This document shows, in pieces, positions 38,601 through 51,083 of a stretch of DNA of 64,000 nt. How positions within the stretch are numbered: the stretch's first letter is position 1; every line of letters begins with the position of its first letter. This DNA is from Moniliella sp. 'wahieum'. Taxonomy: Eukaryota. The position numbers and the translations under genes are program-made. Below the pieces are notes generated by a model, which worked only from the letters and a program-made list of their open reading frames with translations, was not told the DNA's origin and ran no database searches. Where the stretch lies: the NCBI GenBank assembly GCA_003971905.1, contig RSEE01000078.1:186001-250000 (forward strand), read 5' to 3'.

Positions 38601-40975
38601 GGCAGGAATATCTGACTTGCATGCGAGTACGATGGTGGGGATATGGGCCTTATGGAAGAACTCTGTTGAAGAACACCTGGTCAGTCATGCGGCCCTCCAA
38701 CTTGCAATTCAGAAGCAAACTTTAGACTTACCAAGCAGTTCGGGCACACCCTTGAGAGAGGGAAGGTACCCCGCGTCATAGCAAATGACTGCGCCGTCGA
38801 TTTTACCATGCCCTGGACGTTCCGAGTCCGCCAATTCAGTGGGCCAAGCCAGCTCGGTGCCGGTGGAGGCGACAAAGGCGGCCGAGTCGAGCTCAAGAAC
38901 ACGAATGTTCTCTGCAGCAGACTGGTCAAGGACACAGCGGATAGCGTAGGCACGGATTTGGTTGCTAATCAGGGTTGGACGGGATAAGCCGTACTGCCGC
39001 AACCCCTTGCGAATGACGGACGTCTTACCCACAGACCGTTGTCCCACGATTGCCACGCCCATCGTACGGACACCGTCATCGTCCAATAGATTCGTTTGAC
39101 TCCGACTGTGGCTGCGTGCCCGAACCCGGGCGGAGTAGTGGGGAGGCCGTGGGAGATGGCCTTGGGAGTGGAGGGGACTGCCCGAAGAGGGTCATAAGAG
39201 GATGAAGTGAGTTGCGAGCTATTGGTCAAAGTGGCCACAGACGACTTTTCCGTCAAACTCGGTCCTCCAGATGTATCCTCAAGCGGGCGTCCCAGCCGGT
39301 TTTGCTCCCGTGCGGCCTTGAAGCGCGAGGCAAAGTTTGACCCTGTTTGATCCGTCGAAGGCGCCAAGGCTTGCAATGCCGAGAGTGGCATGGCGCCCCC
39401 GCGAGGACGCAACGCCAAAGTAGACGCTGAGCTTTGGTTTGACAAAGTATGACCCGTCTTCGCGTTCATCATCGAGTTGCTCTGTGGCAGTCATGCTGCG
39501 CTCCAATTCAGTTGGTTTCAGGGTGGAATCACCGTCGGGGGGTGTCACATTCTCCCCGGCCAACGAGCTGCCAGCATGGTTGGGTGTGCGGCTATGCCGC
39601 CTGGACTGACCAGGCATAGCATTCTCCTCATCCTGCGCGGCAGAGATGGAGGATGAACTTGATGAGCGAGCTGAGAGGCTTTCCTCGCTCTGTCCAAACG
39701 ACGGCACGACCATCACTCCTCCGTTCAAATCCGATCCACTGGTGACCGACGCAGAGCCAGAAGCTTTGGCTCCGGACCCCAAAGGGAGAGACGACACCAG
39801 ACCACGAGCCCGAGCCCGAGCCCGCGTGCGGACATTGCTTGGTTTGACGGACGAGGGTAGAGGATTCGAGTCGGACTCGGCGTCAGAATAGCGCACTCCT
39901 GCTCCATGCCCGGTCCTTGCACTGCTCAAAGACGTGCGGCCAGATCCAGCCAAGGACGGCTGCCGCGATATCTTCCCTTCCTCGACTCAGGCTGCTCGTA
40001 GGACGAGACGAGTGACGGGCCGATGAGCTGGCAAGAGATATGTTGCCCGAGTCGGGGTTCGTCGCCTCCAATTCCAAGCTGCCTCGAGGCGTTGTATCGT
40101 CACGGGCAGATGCTGCGGCGGCTACGCCAGCCCGGGCACGTGAAGCTCGGGCGGAAGCCCTTTGGCTGCGGGGTAAGGAAGGAATAGAGCTGGGGCTGGA
40201 TTCACTAAGCAGTCCGGCGGGCGACAAGGGCATGGCATTTTACCTGGAGTGGTGGCAGCGATGCGTTTCTTCCCACCCCGTGGGGCCAAAGGGGTGGGAG
40301 CAGGCAACTCGAGTGCTGGAAGGTGGGTGGCGGACGCAATCGAGGGAGTGATGGAGGACGAAGGGATGACTGGGGGCGATTGGGTGCTGGAGGGCTGTAG
40401 CTGACGGTTGTAGGTGGCAATTGGCCGGTACGAACTGGTAGTGTGGTGGGTCGAGTGGGCAGATCATCTTCCTCGGCTCCGCTGGTCTCATCGCTGCGGT
40501 GGCGGTGATGATGCTGGGGTTGGGCATGGTGTTTACGAGTGTTGCGCTGGGATGTGAGGGATGGGTCGCGGGTGCTGCTGGGCGAGGCCAAGACAGCAGA
40601 GGGAGAAAGGGAGGTGGGGCGCGGGGATGAGGGCGTGAGCGGGCGGGCGTCAGCGGAGGGCAAAGGGGCACCGGTGTGAGGCAGGGTGAGGCGGATATGG
40701 GGCGTCCGGGTGTCGGGGGCAGATGCGCGGTCGACGGAGTGTGCTGGGTGGGACGGAGCAGGGGTGACAGAGGAGCGGTTGCGCCTGCCGAAGGCGGACG
40801 AGCCGCGGCGGAGCCAGTCAAAGTCGCGCCAGCTGGAGGAAGAGGTGGGAGGGGCGGCAGGGGGGGCGCGGCTGCTGGCGTTGCTGGAGCGGAGGGATGG
40901 AGCGGGGGCGGAGTTGTCGGGGGCAGAGGCAAAGAGGCTCTGGCCGCCCGACTTGAATGCCTCCTTGAGCAGCAT
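35677..40975 (-). CDS. Ras guanine-nucleotide exchange factor with an internal Ras-like GTPase domain, REM and CDC25 domains
   Basis: P-loop 'VAIVGQRSVGKTSVI' (~39050-39010) and 'PTIVLACKSD'; REM 'FLSAVLVFYRAFASPELLL...DWVRQYPGD'; CDC25 'LAEEMTRIEWSFFS.IGPRDWLR...FNYTSAWV...LRVLNNY...IPFIGVHLHDI...GNP...VHWRKF'. Introns 38731..38663 and 35832..35764. Confidence 0.88.
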
Positions 40976-41634
40976 GGCCGACGGCAGAGACGGGCGAGGA
41001 GGTGGGGGGAGGAGTGGCGGTGGCGGTGGCGGTGGCGGTGGCGGGAAGGTGCGGGACGGGACGGGATGGGACGGGACGGGACGGAGGGGGCCCGCGGCCT
41101 GAGGCCTTTTGCGGAGGGCAGGACCCAGGCGGCTGTGGGAGTGGGGCGAGTAGGGTGGGTGCAAGGGGTGCAGATCGCGCAAAGCCCAAACGACGCACAC
41201 GCGTCCCACGCAGCAGCCCACTCGACGCCCGCCCCGACACTGGCGCCGCGCCACGCAGCGCTGGGCGGCAGTGGACTCTGGGTAGGCACTTCCTATATCA
41301 CACGCCGTAGCACTAGACACTAGGCAGGCTCAGGCCGCAGCACCCACGCTCCCCCCGTCCGATCCTCACTCGTTCCTTCGGCATCAGCGCGAGGCGCTGC
41401 TCAGCCTGCGCGCTCAGGCTCAGCCGCTCCCCGGCCGGCGGTGGCCCAGCTGACCTGCGACCTGGTGATCCACCTATGTGCATGACCGCCAACACTGCCG
41501 CTGTCCTGCCCATTGTAAGTCGCCTCACTTTGGCCTTTGCCTGCTCACCGGTGCTCACCGCTGAGTGCCTGGCATATGTGGCATGCTGCATGCGCCCGCG
41601 AGCCACAGACACTGACTAGCGAAGCTTCCAGTCG

Positions 41635-41704
<70 letters not shown>
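41635..41704 (+). repeat. Perfect heptanucleotide tandem repeat (CTAGCCA)10
   Basis: Read directly: 70 bp of uninterrupted CTAGCCA units. Confidence 0.97.
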
Positions 41705-44310
41705 AGTGGCCCACCCCACGCACCACACCAGTCTTGCACCACCGCCCTTTACCCCACAGCAGGTCACACGCGGTGGCTCCTTTCCCTTTCCAGCGCCCTC
41801 TGTCCTCTCCGTGCTACAGAAACGGGAAGGACGGAAGCCCCCTTGGCTTCAAAAGCATCAAGCTCCAGCTCTGTCTCGGCATTCACGCAGTCCATCATCC
41901 ATCATCCAACGTGTGTTAGCGCCGGCCGTACCAACCTACATACACCCAGCTGCCTCGCTTTTTTACGCTTGGTCTTCTCGGTCCCTTCTGGCAACGCGGC
42001 ATCCGCGTTACACCCACCCTACCCGCGGAAACAGGCCAACGCGTGCTGGCAGTTGCCCTGTTCCCACCGGCCGCCATCACCTGAGGGAGGGAGGAAGCCT
42101 CTCTGAGAGGTTGGCTGTCTCGGATATAGAGACGAGTATTACTACCGAGAGGGAAATGTTGGCCTATTGAAAGCCAGATAGGTCGAAAAGAATGAGAACC
42201 TGTGTGATAGATTTGAGCCGAAGGCTCTGGTGCAGAAGCATCTATGTGTAGGGCGTCGGACTATAGGAACAGGGCAGGTAAGGCACACACAAGAGAAAAT
42301 AGAGGGAGGGCAAATGCAGGGTCACAGGGGCTGTGCCATCACACAGGCTGTGCATGCTCTGACACCATCTCCGCCACCACAAGCCGGTGGAAGCCGAGAC
42401 GCGCAATGAGCTTGAACCTGAAAGAATAGGGCTAGTACTGGCACATGGGCAAAGCACTTTACTAAGCGAACAATGGGTCAGTGCGATAAATCGGTCACGC
42501 CAATGATTAGAATGAAGGCTCTGAACGCGGTTGTCCCTTAATTGGCAAGTATATGGCTACTAGAGTAGTACGCTACCAAGCTACTAAGAACGATTGTGCT
42601 GCGCAAGGAGATGAAAGGAAACAGTCGGAGATAGTAAGCTCCTGACGCCAGTCCGACCTTGAGGGCAACCAGGAGAAGAGAAAGGGGGAGAGGGAACGAG
42701 GCGCAAGGGATAACCAGCCCGTGGTGCGCAAACGGCGGACCGATGAAAACACTTCCCCTTTTACCAGTGGCTTTTGACCGCAAGAGTCAATGGCATTTGG
42801 TGTACAACCACATTAACCAAGCTTCAAGCCACATCTCCAACAGAACCTCGTCTGCCAGCTGGGAGTCGGAGGGCCGCAGTTCTATACAGTTAACCGGGAA
42901 AATCATTCATCACAACACAGCTATTGTGAGAAAAGTCAACACATGTCAGCAGCCTCTTCTCACCATAGGTTTCTGCAGCACCTGACCGCATCGTACCTCT
43001 ATTATACTCTCAGTAGCCTCAGCTCCCTTCCATGTAGGCACAGCGGGGACATTTGCTGTTTTTTCTGCTGACTCATCGCAGTCATTCATGAAGACCTCTT
43101 GTTGTTTATAATAAGCACAGCTGTGGAGGAGAGACACACTGACTGTGGCTGCACCTGAGATGGAGCAGGAGAGAGAGACGGCGAAGGGGCGAAGGTGAAA
43201 AACGGGAACGGATAAGATATGAGAGATGATTCGACGCCGAAAATCTGTTTACAATCTGAGGTTATGATATCTGGTTGAGGGGCATGGCATAGCAAAAGCG
43301 TACACGAGAGGGGTACTACCTGACGGAGGAGGACATTTTCATTACATTGTCGTTGACGACATCTCCGAACACGGCTGCTAAGCCATACGGACAGGAAAGG
43401 GGGAAGGGGCGAGAATGGAAGATGGGGAAATGCCACACCAACAATTGGGACAGGCTAGATCAAGAGGGAAGACAGACACAGTAGGGGTGTAGAAAGGAAG
43501 ACTTGTCAAAAGAGGGATTGATTGCCACAGACGCTCGCCGTAAAGATACCGAAAACTTGGTGGTCTCATTTAGGCATCCGACTTCGTCTTGAGTGGGGGC
43601 GACTCTTGTCGCGCGGATGTGTTGCCACTCGGGCCACCGTAGATGGTTTAACCAACCATCATCAAACTTGGCTGGACTTTGGAGTGCGCTCTACTGGGCA
43701 TTTGCGGAGCAGGTGGGCTTTAGTTTGGACCAGGCCATCTCATGTCCCACACAGCCCGTAACAGAACGGTTCCTTCTCATCTGGATATCCCCTCCCGTGC
43801 TCCCCCGCATTTCTCTCCTTGCTCCGCCCCTAGGCATAGACCCCGAGCAAAACTCCCCTAAATTCCCTGTGGTAGAGAACAACTCTCAAGGTGAATAGAG
43901 CGTCTAGGCTTTGCTTCCCCTAGGCCTATTTTTCACCGCGCCAAGGAAACGAGATCAAAAGTAATGGCCACACGATGATATCCGCCGTTTACGAGCCTCT
44001 TTCGAAAGTGGTCGTGTCTTGTCTTCCTCTGGTGTGTCAGCGATTCAGCGACATATGGTATACTTTTTCTTCTCAGGCTGAGCCGCATTTCTTTTGTCTT
44101 TTTGAAGAAAGCAAGCCTTGATAGTACCGCACATCTTTCGTCTACTCGGCTGAACGTGACGCACACGCATTGTGAGCCCATGGCCCGCGACTCTTCCTTA
44201 TTCGTATTGGTATTCCTCTACCTCTACTTATATACCCTGCACTTGAAAATCCATAAGAGCCAATGGTCCCCATCCATCGCCACATATACATCTCATCGAC
44301 CAGCGCTAGC

Positions 44311-44827
44311 GTTGATGTAAGTATGATGTCTCTGCGAGAACGCGTGTTGTTGGTGTTCTTATATAGGTTGGGATACAGGAATCGGAACTAGGTGCCAATG
44401 CTAGGAGTGTGAGCACCGGTGGCTCGTGCTTTGGCCAATGTCCTTCAGTTCCTCCTCAGGCCTAGGAGTTCCGTTGTTTTTCTCTCCTGTTTTTCCTTGT
44501 TCTCCGCGGCTTAGCCCCTGGTGGCGACTCGCTGCATGATGTTCCTCAGTAGGCGTTGCTGCTTGGCTTAGACCACCACCACCATCAGTGCGATTGCATC
44601 ACCCTCGAGGACCATCCTGACTCCAGTTCTCATCAAGGAGTTTATAGAAGGTGTTGTATACTATTACATAGGCCAAAAAGGGGCCTTTTATCGCACCCTT
44701 TTCGTCCCTCTTTGACCTCCTAAGTATAAGGCATGTGATACTTGCCTATATAGTCTCTTACTTCTAGGTATTATGGCCTGGTATAGTAGGGAGATGCGAG
44801 AGGGGCTTAGAATATTCCACTCCCCCT
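44311..44827 (-). mobile_element. Possible degenerate copia-type LTR relic
   Basis: On the minus strand, a polypurine tract AGGGGGAG is followed directly by TG(GAATA) at 44819. There is an internal TATATAAG (~44365), an end reading ...ACATCAAC (~44311), and an internal part repeated at 24171-24344. No gag/pol ORF recognised. Confidence 0.35.
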
Positions 44828-44860
44828 AACAACGCCATTACACACAACTTTCTCCCTCAG

Positions 44861-45200
44861 AATGCTCGGTTCGTCGGTCTTAAGCTGCTCAACGAAGTAC
44901 TGAGCGGGGCATCCACAGCCGTGGCCATGCAACAATCATCGCGTGTATTCAGGCGAGTCGGCGCTCCCCCAAGCCAACAAGAGCGATTTGCAGTGGAGAC
45001 GTGAATACGAAAGGCACAGGGCAGTGTGGACCACGTTTGGGCGAGGTTGGTTGGATAGGTGCGAGATGTGGGCATGGCGCCACTCTCCAGCTGCGTCTGC
45101 GCTGGATGATTCCGCGAATAGCCGCTTCTCAGGCGGGTTGGGGCTCCACAGCCGAGGTCTATCACTGTATGGCGCGCACCCAACAATTGATCAACTGATG
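44861..45200 (+). other. Possible coding exon or gene fragment of unknown function
   Basis: Pyrimidine tract + CAG at ~44850-44860 followed by protein-like text 'ARFVGLKLLNEVLSG...LQWRREYERHRAVWTTFGRGWLDRCEMWAW'. Confidence 0.2.
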
Positions 45201-45314
45201 CAGAGGACCGCGATTTCTTCGTCTACGCTCCCAGCCCCCCTCCCTCCTCTGTCCAACGACCATCAACAGTCTTCATGATAGCCCGCTACCCCTCCACATC
45301 TGCCCTCCTCCAGT

Positions 45315-46815
45315 ATGCGCCCTGGGCCAGTGCAGCCGCGTTCCGCACGCTCTCTACTTGCTCCCGCGTCAGTCGCCGTGAGCGTTGAGCCACCCGCTCA
45401 CGTCCCTGGCTACCAGATTCTCTCTTTCTCTCCAACCTCAAGACTGTTGGATTGACCCACCACGCCCACAGCACGGGTCGGGGGGCATCCCACTTTTCGC
45501 TTGACCGATATGCATGGCCGCCTCATGCCTAACGTCACTGAGCAATCACTCGAGGATGCTTTGCCTCTCTCCACCGTGCCAATCAAATTTCCACACTGAC
45601 TCATATGCACTGCCTATTGTTGTCAGTTGAGCCAAGAGGAAGCAGTAAAGATGTACAATGATGCTGCTATTGCGACGTTGGATTGATATTCTTACAATTC
45701 GCAGCGGCAAGGTCGCATTTCGTTTATGATGACATCTCACGGAGAAGAGGGCGCGATCGTGGGTGCCGCGGCCGGTTGGGATTGGTGAGAGGCGACGAGG
45801 TATTTACGCACATACCGTGAAAGTGGAATTTTGCTCTGGCGGGATTTACCCTGGAGGACTATATGAGTCAAATGTTTGGAGCCCACGACGATCGCTGTGG
45901 GGGGCGTCAAATGCCGATCCATTTTGGATCTAAGCAGAATCATTTCCATACCGTCTCCTCTCCTCTTGCGACCCAGATCCCCCAGGCGGCGGGGGCCGCG
46001 TTTGCATTGAAGCGAACAAAGGGAAGGGAAGGCAATGTGGCAGCTTGTTTCTTTGGTGAGGGCGCTGCTAGTGAGGGAGACGCCCATGCAGGCTTTAACA
46101 TTGCTGCAACAACCAAAAGTCCAGTCTGTACGTTTGTACCCTCCGCTCTCGCGCGATATAGTATTTCTATTGCGGTACCTTGATACTGACTTAGTTCTCT
46201 CCATCCGCTCTCTACAGGTTCATCGTGCGCAACAATGGATTCGCCATCTCAACCCCTCCACGCAACAATATGCAGGCGACGGGATCGCTAGTCGGGGGCG
46301 GGTACGGCATGCCGGCCTTGCGGGTGGACGGGAACGATGTGCTGGCAACGCGGGCGGCGGTCAAGGCAGCTCGCGAAGTAGCTCTGTCGCGCCATGTGCC
46401 GGTTTTGCTGGAACTGATGAGCTACCGAGTTGGCCACCATTCCACCTCAGACGACTCGAGCGCCTACCGTCCCAAAAAATCAGTCGAGGACTGGAAACGC
46501 TTGGACAATCCGCTGGATCGGATGCGTCACTTCCTAACCGCGCGTGGCTGGTGGTCGGAGGAGGAGCAAAAGAAAACGACCAAGGAGTATCGTACCCAGG
46601 TCATCGCAGAGATGACTAAGGCAGAGAAGAAACCCCACCCGCCTCTGTCAAGCATCTTTACCGACACATACCATGACGTGCCCCCCAACCTGGTGCGGCA
46701 ACGTGCCGAGTTGGCACGGCTTGTGGGTCAGTACGCCAACTATCCCCCTGGGCAGCACAGCTCAAGAAGCACAAGGACAAGGGAGGATTTGGTCGAGTTC
46801 GCGCTTAGGGCTTGA
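45315..46815 (+). CDS. BCKDHA: Branched-chain alpha-keto acid (2-oxoisovalerate) dehydrogenase E1 alpha subunit, mitochondrial
   Basis: '[17 protein letters not shown]'; '[10 protein letters not shown]'; '[10 protein letters not shown]...[15 protein letters not shown]'; TPP motif '[17 protein letters not shown]...RNNGFAIST'; '[17 protein letters not shown]'. Intron 46128..46217. Confidence 0.96.
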
Positions 46816-49221
46816 AGCATGAAGCCCGAAGGCGGAATGAAACATCCGACACAAGTGCACAAGGGAAGGGGAGTATGAAAAAGGCGAGCCACAAAAAGCC
46901 CTGACCTGTGGCTTTGATCCCTGTACCAAAGCCACTGTGCCATCTTTACTGAATCCATGCTCGCGTCCAAAAAGTCAGTAAGAGAGCACCATTGGGGGTG
47001 GGGGGGGGGTGTTGAAAGTTCAGTTGAACCCGTGCTCGGGGTACTTCCCTTGATATCACAGGGCGTAGACATGTTGGACTTTGGCGGTTGACGCCGGCAG
47101 CCGAATGCTTGGTGGCGCCTATGTCACTCCGGAAGGGGCCGGGCAGAGATGTTGTTACAAGGGTGAGCAAAATATGGCTTTTTGACGGAATGCATGTCAC
47201 ATGTCATCTGTCATGTCATGGATTTGATGTGCAGATTATCTCAGCGTGTGCGATACCATGCGACTGGGGCGACCCCAGGGACACCGGGCGAAGTCTGCGT
47301 GCGACACCTCCTTTCGATCATTATCTCTGGGGCTCCGCAGGGCTCCACTTGAGATTCTCCGAAAGGCGCGAGGCTGGGAAGCTTGAACGTTTGCAATTGG
47401 AGCACGAAACTACGTACATTCAGTGAACGTTTGAACCAGCCGCAGTAGCTAGTAGGGCATAGCCAGGAAAATGTGAAACCATAAGTATTCTCCGATTACC
47501 CATTAGTCATCTTGTCTTCCATCAGGCTGATCATTGGTCGGTCATTAACGTTAACCGGTAACCGGAGGCCGCCTTCGGCCTCAGCTTGAGCGCCGAAGAA
47601 GGCGGAGAGGATGCTGCTTTCCAATGTCAGTACTTGTACTTAGCGTAATGTACACTCGCGCCCACCGTTGCGCTTGTCCTCTGCCTGCGCCAGATCCAGG
47701 ACATCGGGTAGCCCCTGGCTATTCCGCCCTGCGCCCAGCGCCCAGTCCTCTTCGCGCTGTGGACGAACGATGGACCCTTTTCTAGACCCTACTGAGGGTA
47801 CGCCATGGGCTCGCGGTCCCGCGATCCCGTCGGCTCCTGCGCCCCTTCTGCGCCTGCGGCACCCTTGTGCAAGTGCACCCTTGCGCGCCCGGATTGGAAC
47901 ACGTCACGGCATCACAGATAGATCATGCATCACACACCACACGGTTACCGCATGTCACCGCGTCACACGTTACTCCGCACGATGCAAGAGTAACTGAGTA
48001 CACTGCCCAAGTTGAGTGCGATGATGAAAACGTTGAACTAAGTACTAACGCCACACAACTGGGGCTCAATAATTGACGTTTGACGTACTTCAAACTTGAA
48101 GCTTCAAGCTTCAAGCTTCAGAGCTTCAGGCTAGCTTCAGGCCCCAGACCCTACAGAGAGATTCTGGCCCTACTGGACCCCATCTTTCGTCATCCCGCAT
48201 TTCCTAATCCTCCCGCACCGCTTCGTCCGAGGCCCCTCCGCACCCGCTATCGAATATTGAGCGCGAGCAGCATATCCTCTATCTTCGAAAGCACAACCGC
48301 ACACTAAAGCTCTCGCTAGTGGTGTCGCACATCCGCCACGACAAAAGCCTCTTTTCCCTATGAACTTGTATGAAACCACGGCAAAATCACTGCTTACCGG
48401 TATAGGTGCGTACAAGAAGGAGAGGCTGAGACGACGCGTTCCAATATGCGGCCCCTCCTCGGAATCGTCCGGATTGTACAATGCACCTCTGTATTCATGA
48501 GTTGTATATAGGCTTGCTGTTACATATGTCATCGATTATCTTTTCGATGTTTTATCGATTATCCGCCGTGATCGGGTGGTCGGGCCCTACGACCTAACAC
48601 ACCCTACCCTAGCTACCTACCCTACCCGGAAGCGCACAGGGTAGCACCTTACAGGACGACGGTCGATAGACGGAAGCACCATTCTGCAATATGTAGCTGC
48701 ACGTCATAATATGGAGGGTCGTCGATGATCATCATCTTCTGCAGATGAGATCTGATGACACACATGGTCGTCACCGATACAACTATCTATTATGGCAGAG
48801 CGCGTCTTCCAGTGTATGATGGTGCCAAACTGTATAGTTGTGAGAAACGAGAATGGAGAAGTACTATTGTACACTATATGTGAGCGGGAGGGGACTGTGG
48901 TGGATGGTTGGGTTTAGGGCGACATAGTGCAATTAACTCCTCACCGAACCTTCATAACTGCCGTTGCATATGTCGTATCGACGGTTGCGTTGGTCATCTC
49001 GTATTGCCAACCAGATCAGAACAGTATAAATACTGTGCGCCCTGATGATGCATCCTCTTCTCCTTCCCCGCCTCCATTCACATCCTCTTTGAGTCAGCTG
49101 TGTCACTAATTCTTGCCGTCTATTGCAACCTTCGGTGCTCAGTACAGGCCCTTTTCTTTTCTTCCTACTACACACCTACCGCCTTTTTCTCGTGTTGCCT
49201 CATCGTCATCATTGATCGGCC

Positions 49222-50311
49222 ATGCAAAACGACACGTTTGCCCCTCTCATCACATCGCTACTACCCTCCTCTTTATGTGTGGGTGCCGACGCCATTTCTA
49301 CCCCCTTTGTCCAGCAAAACCAGTACAACGTGGCCCAACACCCTCCTTATTCAGCTCCGGCCCAGCAGATGCCCAACTCGTTTTCTGCCGATGGCAGTTC
49401 GGACGGTGCCTCGCCCCGGTCGGACGAAGGCCAAGCAACCGAGCCCCAGCACACAGTACCCCAAGTCCAGCAAGGCATCCTCCTGTTAAGCGTTCTCGCG
49501 AAGAACGTGCCTCTCGCCGCCGGGAGCAAAACCGGAATGCCCAGCGCGCCCTTCGCCGCCGCAAGGAGACACGCATTTCAGAGGTATGTCATTTTTTTCT
49601 TCTGTTGAGAATTTGCAGAGGCTGACCTGTACACACTTTTTATCTGCCAGTTGGAGGGCATGCTGGTAACCATGAAATCCAGTGAGAGTGTTCTTACTGA
49701 GCGCAACGAATCCTTGGCCACCATGTTGAGCAACTTACGGCAAGAGAACATGCTCTTGCGGAGCATGGTCCCTTCTTCCCCTCGGTTCCTTCGTCCCAAG
49801 AGAGTCAAAGTCAAACGCCCTTTGCATCACCACCGAAGACAACCTGTTACGCCCCGATTATGGAACAAAAGCTCCAACCAGTTCCGATGGTATGATTGGA
49901 ATCTCTCCACGTCGTGGAAAGAGTTCGTCGTTCTGCGATCCATCTGGTCCATTGTACGATACAGAAACTGCAGCCCTTCTGCGCCCCAGCCGCGCTTTGT
50001 CGTTCCATGAAGGTGCTATTCTGCCGGCTGGACCTCAGCAGGTTGTTTCAACAGACGGCATCCCTGCCGAGGTCAGTGGACTCCCAGGTGCGATCAAGAG
50101 TGAAGAATGCTCTGAGGCCCAGTCGGAACATGGTGGAGATGGACTTTCCTTGTTGCCCACACCAACAGTTGACGCTGGTAAAGCGTCGCTACTCCCGTTT
50201 TCTTCCGTCCTTCCTACTGGACCACACATTTTCCGTTCGCCGTTCATGGCCGAGGAAGGGCCGGGTGACGTAGCTTTGCCGTTGAACAAGTGTAACGTAT
50301 TTTCGCTGTAA
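49222..50311 (+). CDS. bZIP transcription factor, Yap/AP-1-like basic region
   Basis: 'RRREQNRNAQRALRRRKETRISE|LEGMLVTMKSSESVLTERNESLATMLSNLRQENMLLR', joined in frame by intron 49584..49650. Start at 49222 or ~49369. Confidence 0.85.
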
Positions 50312-51034
50312 CCGACGCCTTATTCCACGCAAGTCTCAAGTGAACGTCTCTTCTGCCCCATCTCGCTACCGCCTGCCACACATCCAACATGCTGAAAGAG
50401 CAAAAACACGCGTTGTTTGAGTGTGCAACCACACAACGACCCGAGACCCGCGCTGTACACATTTGACTTTTCTCCATCATCTCAGGTTCGCAGACCACTT
50501 TCCTTCCTCCTTTCCTTCCCACTTATCCGTCTGGATATTCTGGGAGCATTAGCCATCCTGTATACGTCTCATGTACTCCCAAGTGCTTTACGGACCACAC
50601 ACTACTAGTACCTCTTTTGACATCCATCGTTGTTTTTGCGCTGATACCGAATAACTTGTGCCACCCACCCTCCTCAACAACCAATAGCATTTACGAAGTA
50701 CTAGTGGGTTCAAACAAAACGCGTCGCGTTTTGCTGACGGCAGCGAGGGTTTGTGATGCGCTAATCGCGTGAGCGGCCTCTTTACGCACTGTGTGTACAT
50801 CGATAATAGTTGTACCATAGCTCGCACTACAAGTTGCATAAGGTTTAACGTAGCGTTCCCCCTGTCCCAGCCTTCTTAAGTCTGCCAATGAAATGGACGT
50901 TCTCTATGTCATACGCAAAAAGGATCGACCGTGCACTTTTACATCAGCCTGCCCCTGCCACGTTCAACGCCACCCGCTGCCAGCAAGCATCGGTGTATAT
51001 TATTCGTCTTTCCAGCGTGGAACGGTGGACCGGG

Positions 51035-51083
51035 GGAACGGTGGCTAAGGTGGCGACGGTGGAACGGTGGCTAAGGTGGCGAC
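51035..51083 (+). repeat. 26-bp-period direct duplication GGAACGGTGGCTAAGGTGGCGAC
   Basis: Two identical 23-nt cores at 51035 and 51061, plus a partial third copy GGAACGGTGG at ~51019. Confidence 0.9.

Noticed and set aside
51035..51083. CRISPR-like repeat
   Set aside because: Only two adjacent copies with no unique spacers, in a eukaryotic context with no cas genes.
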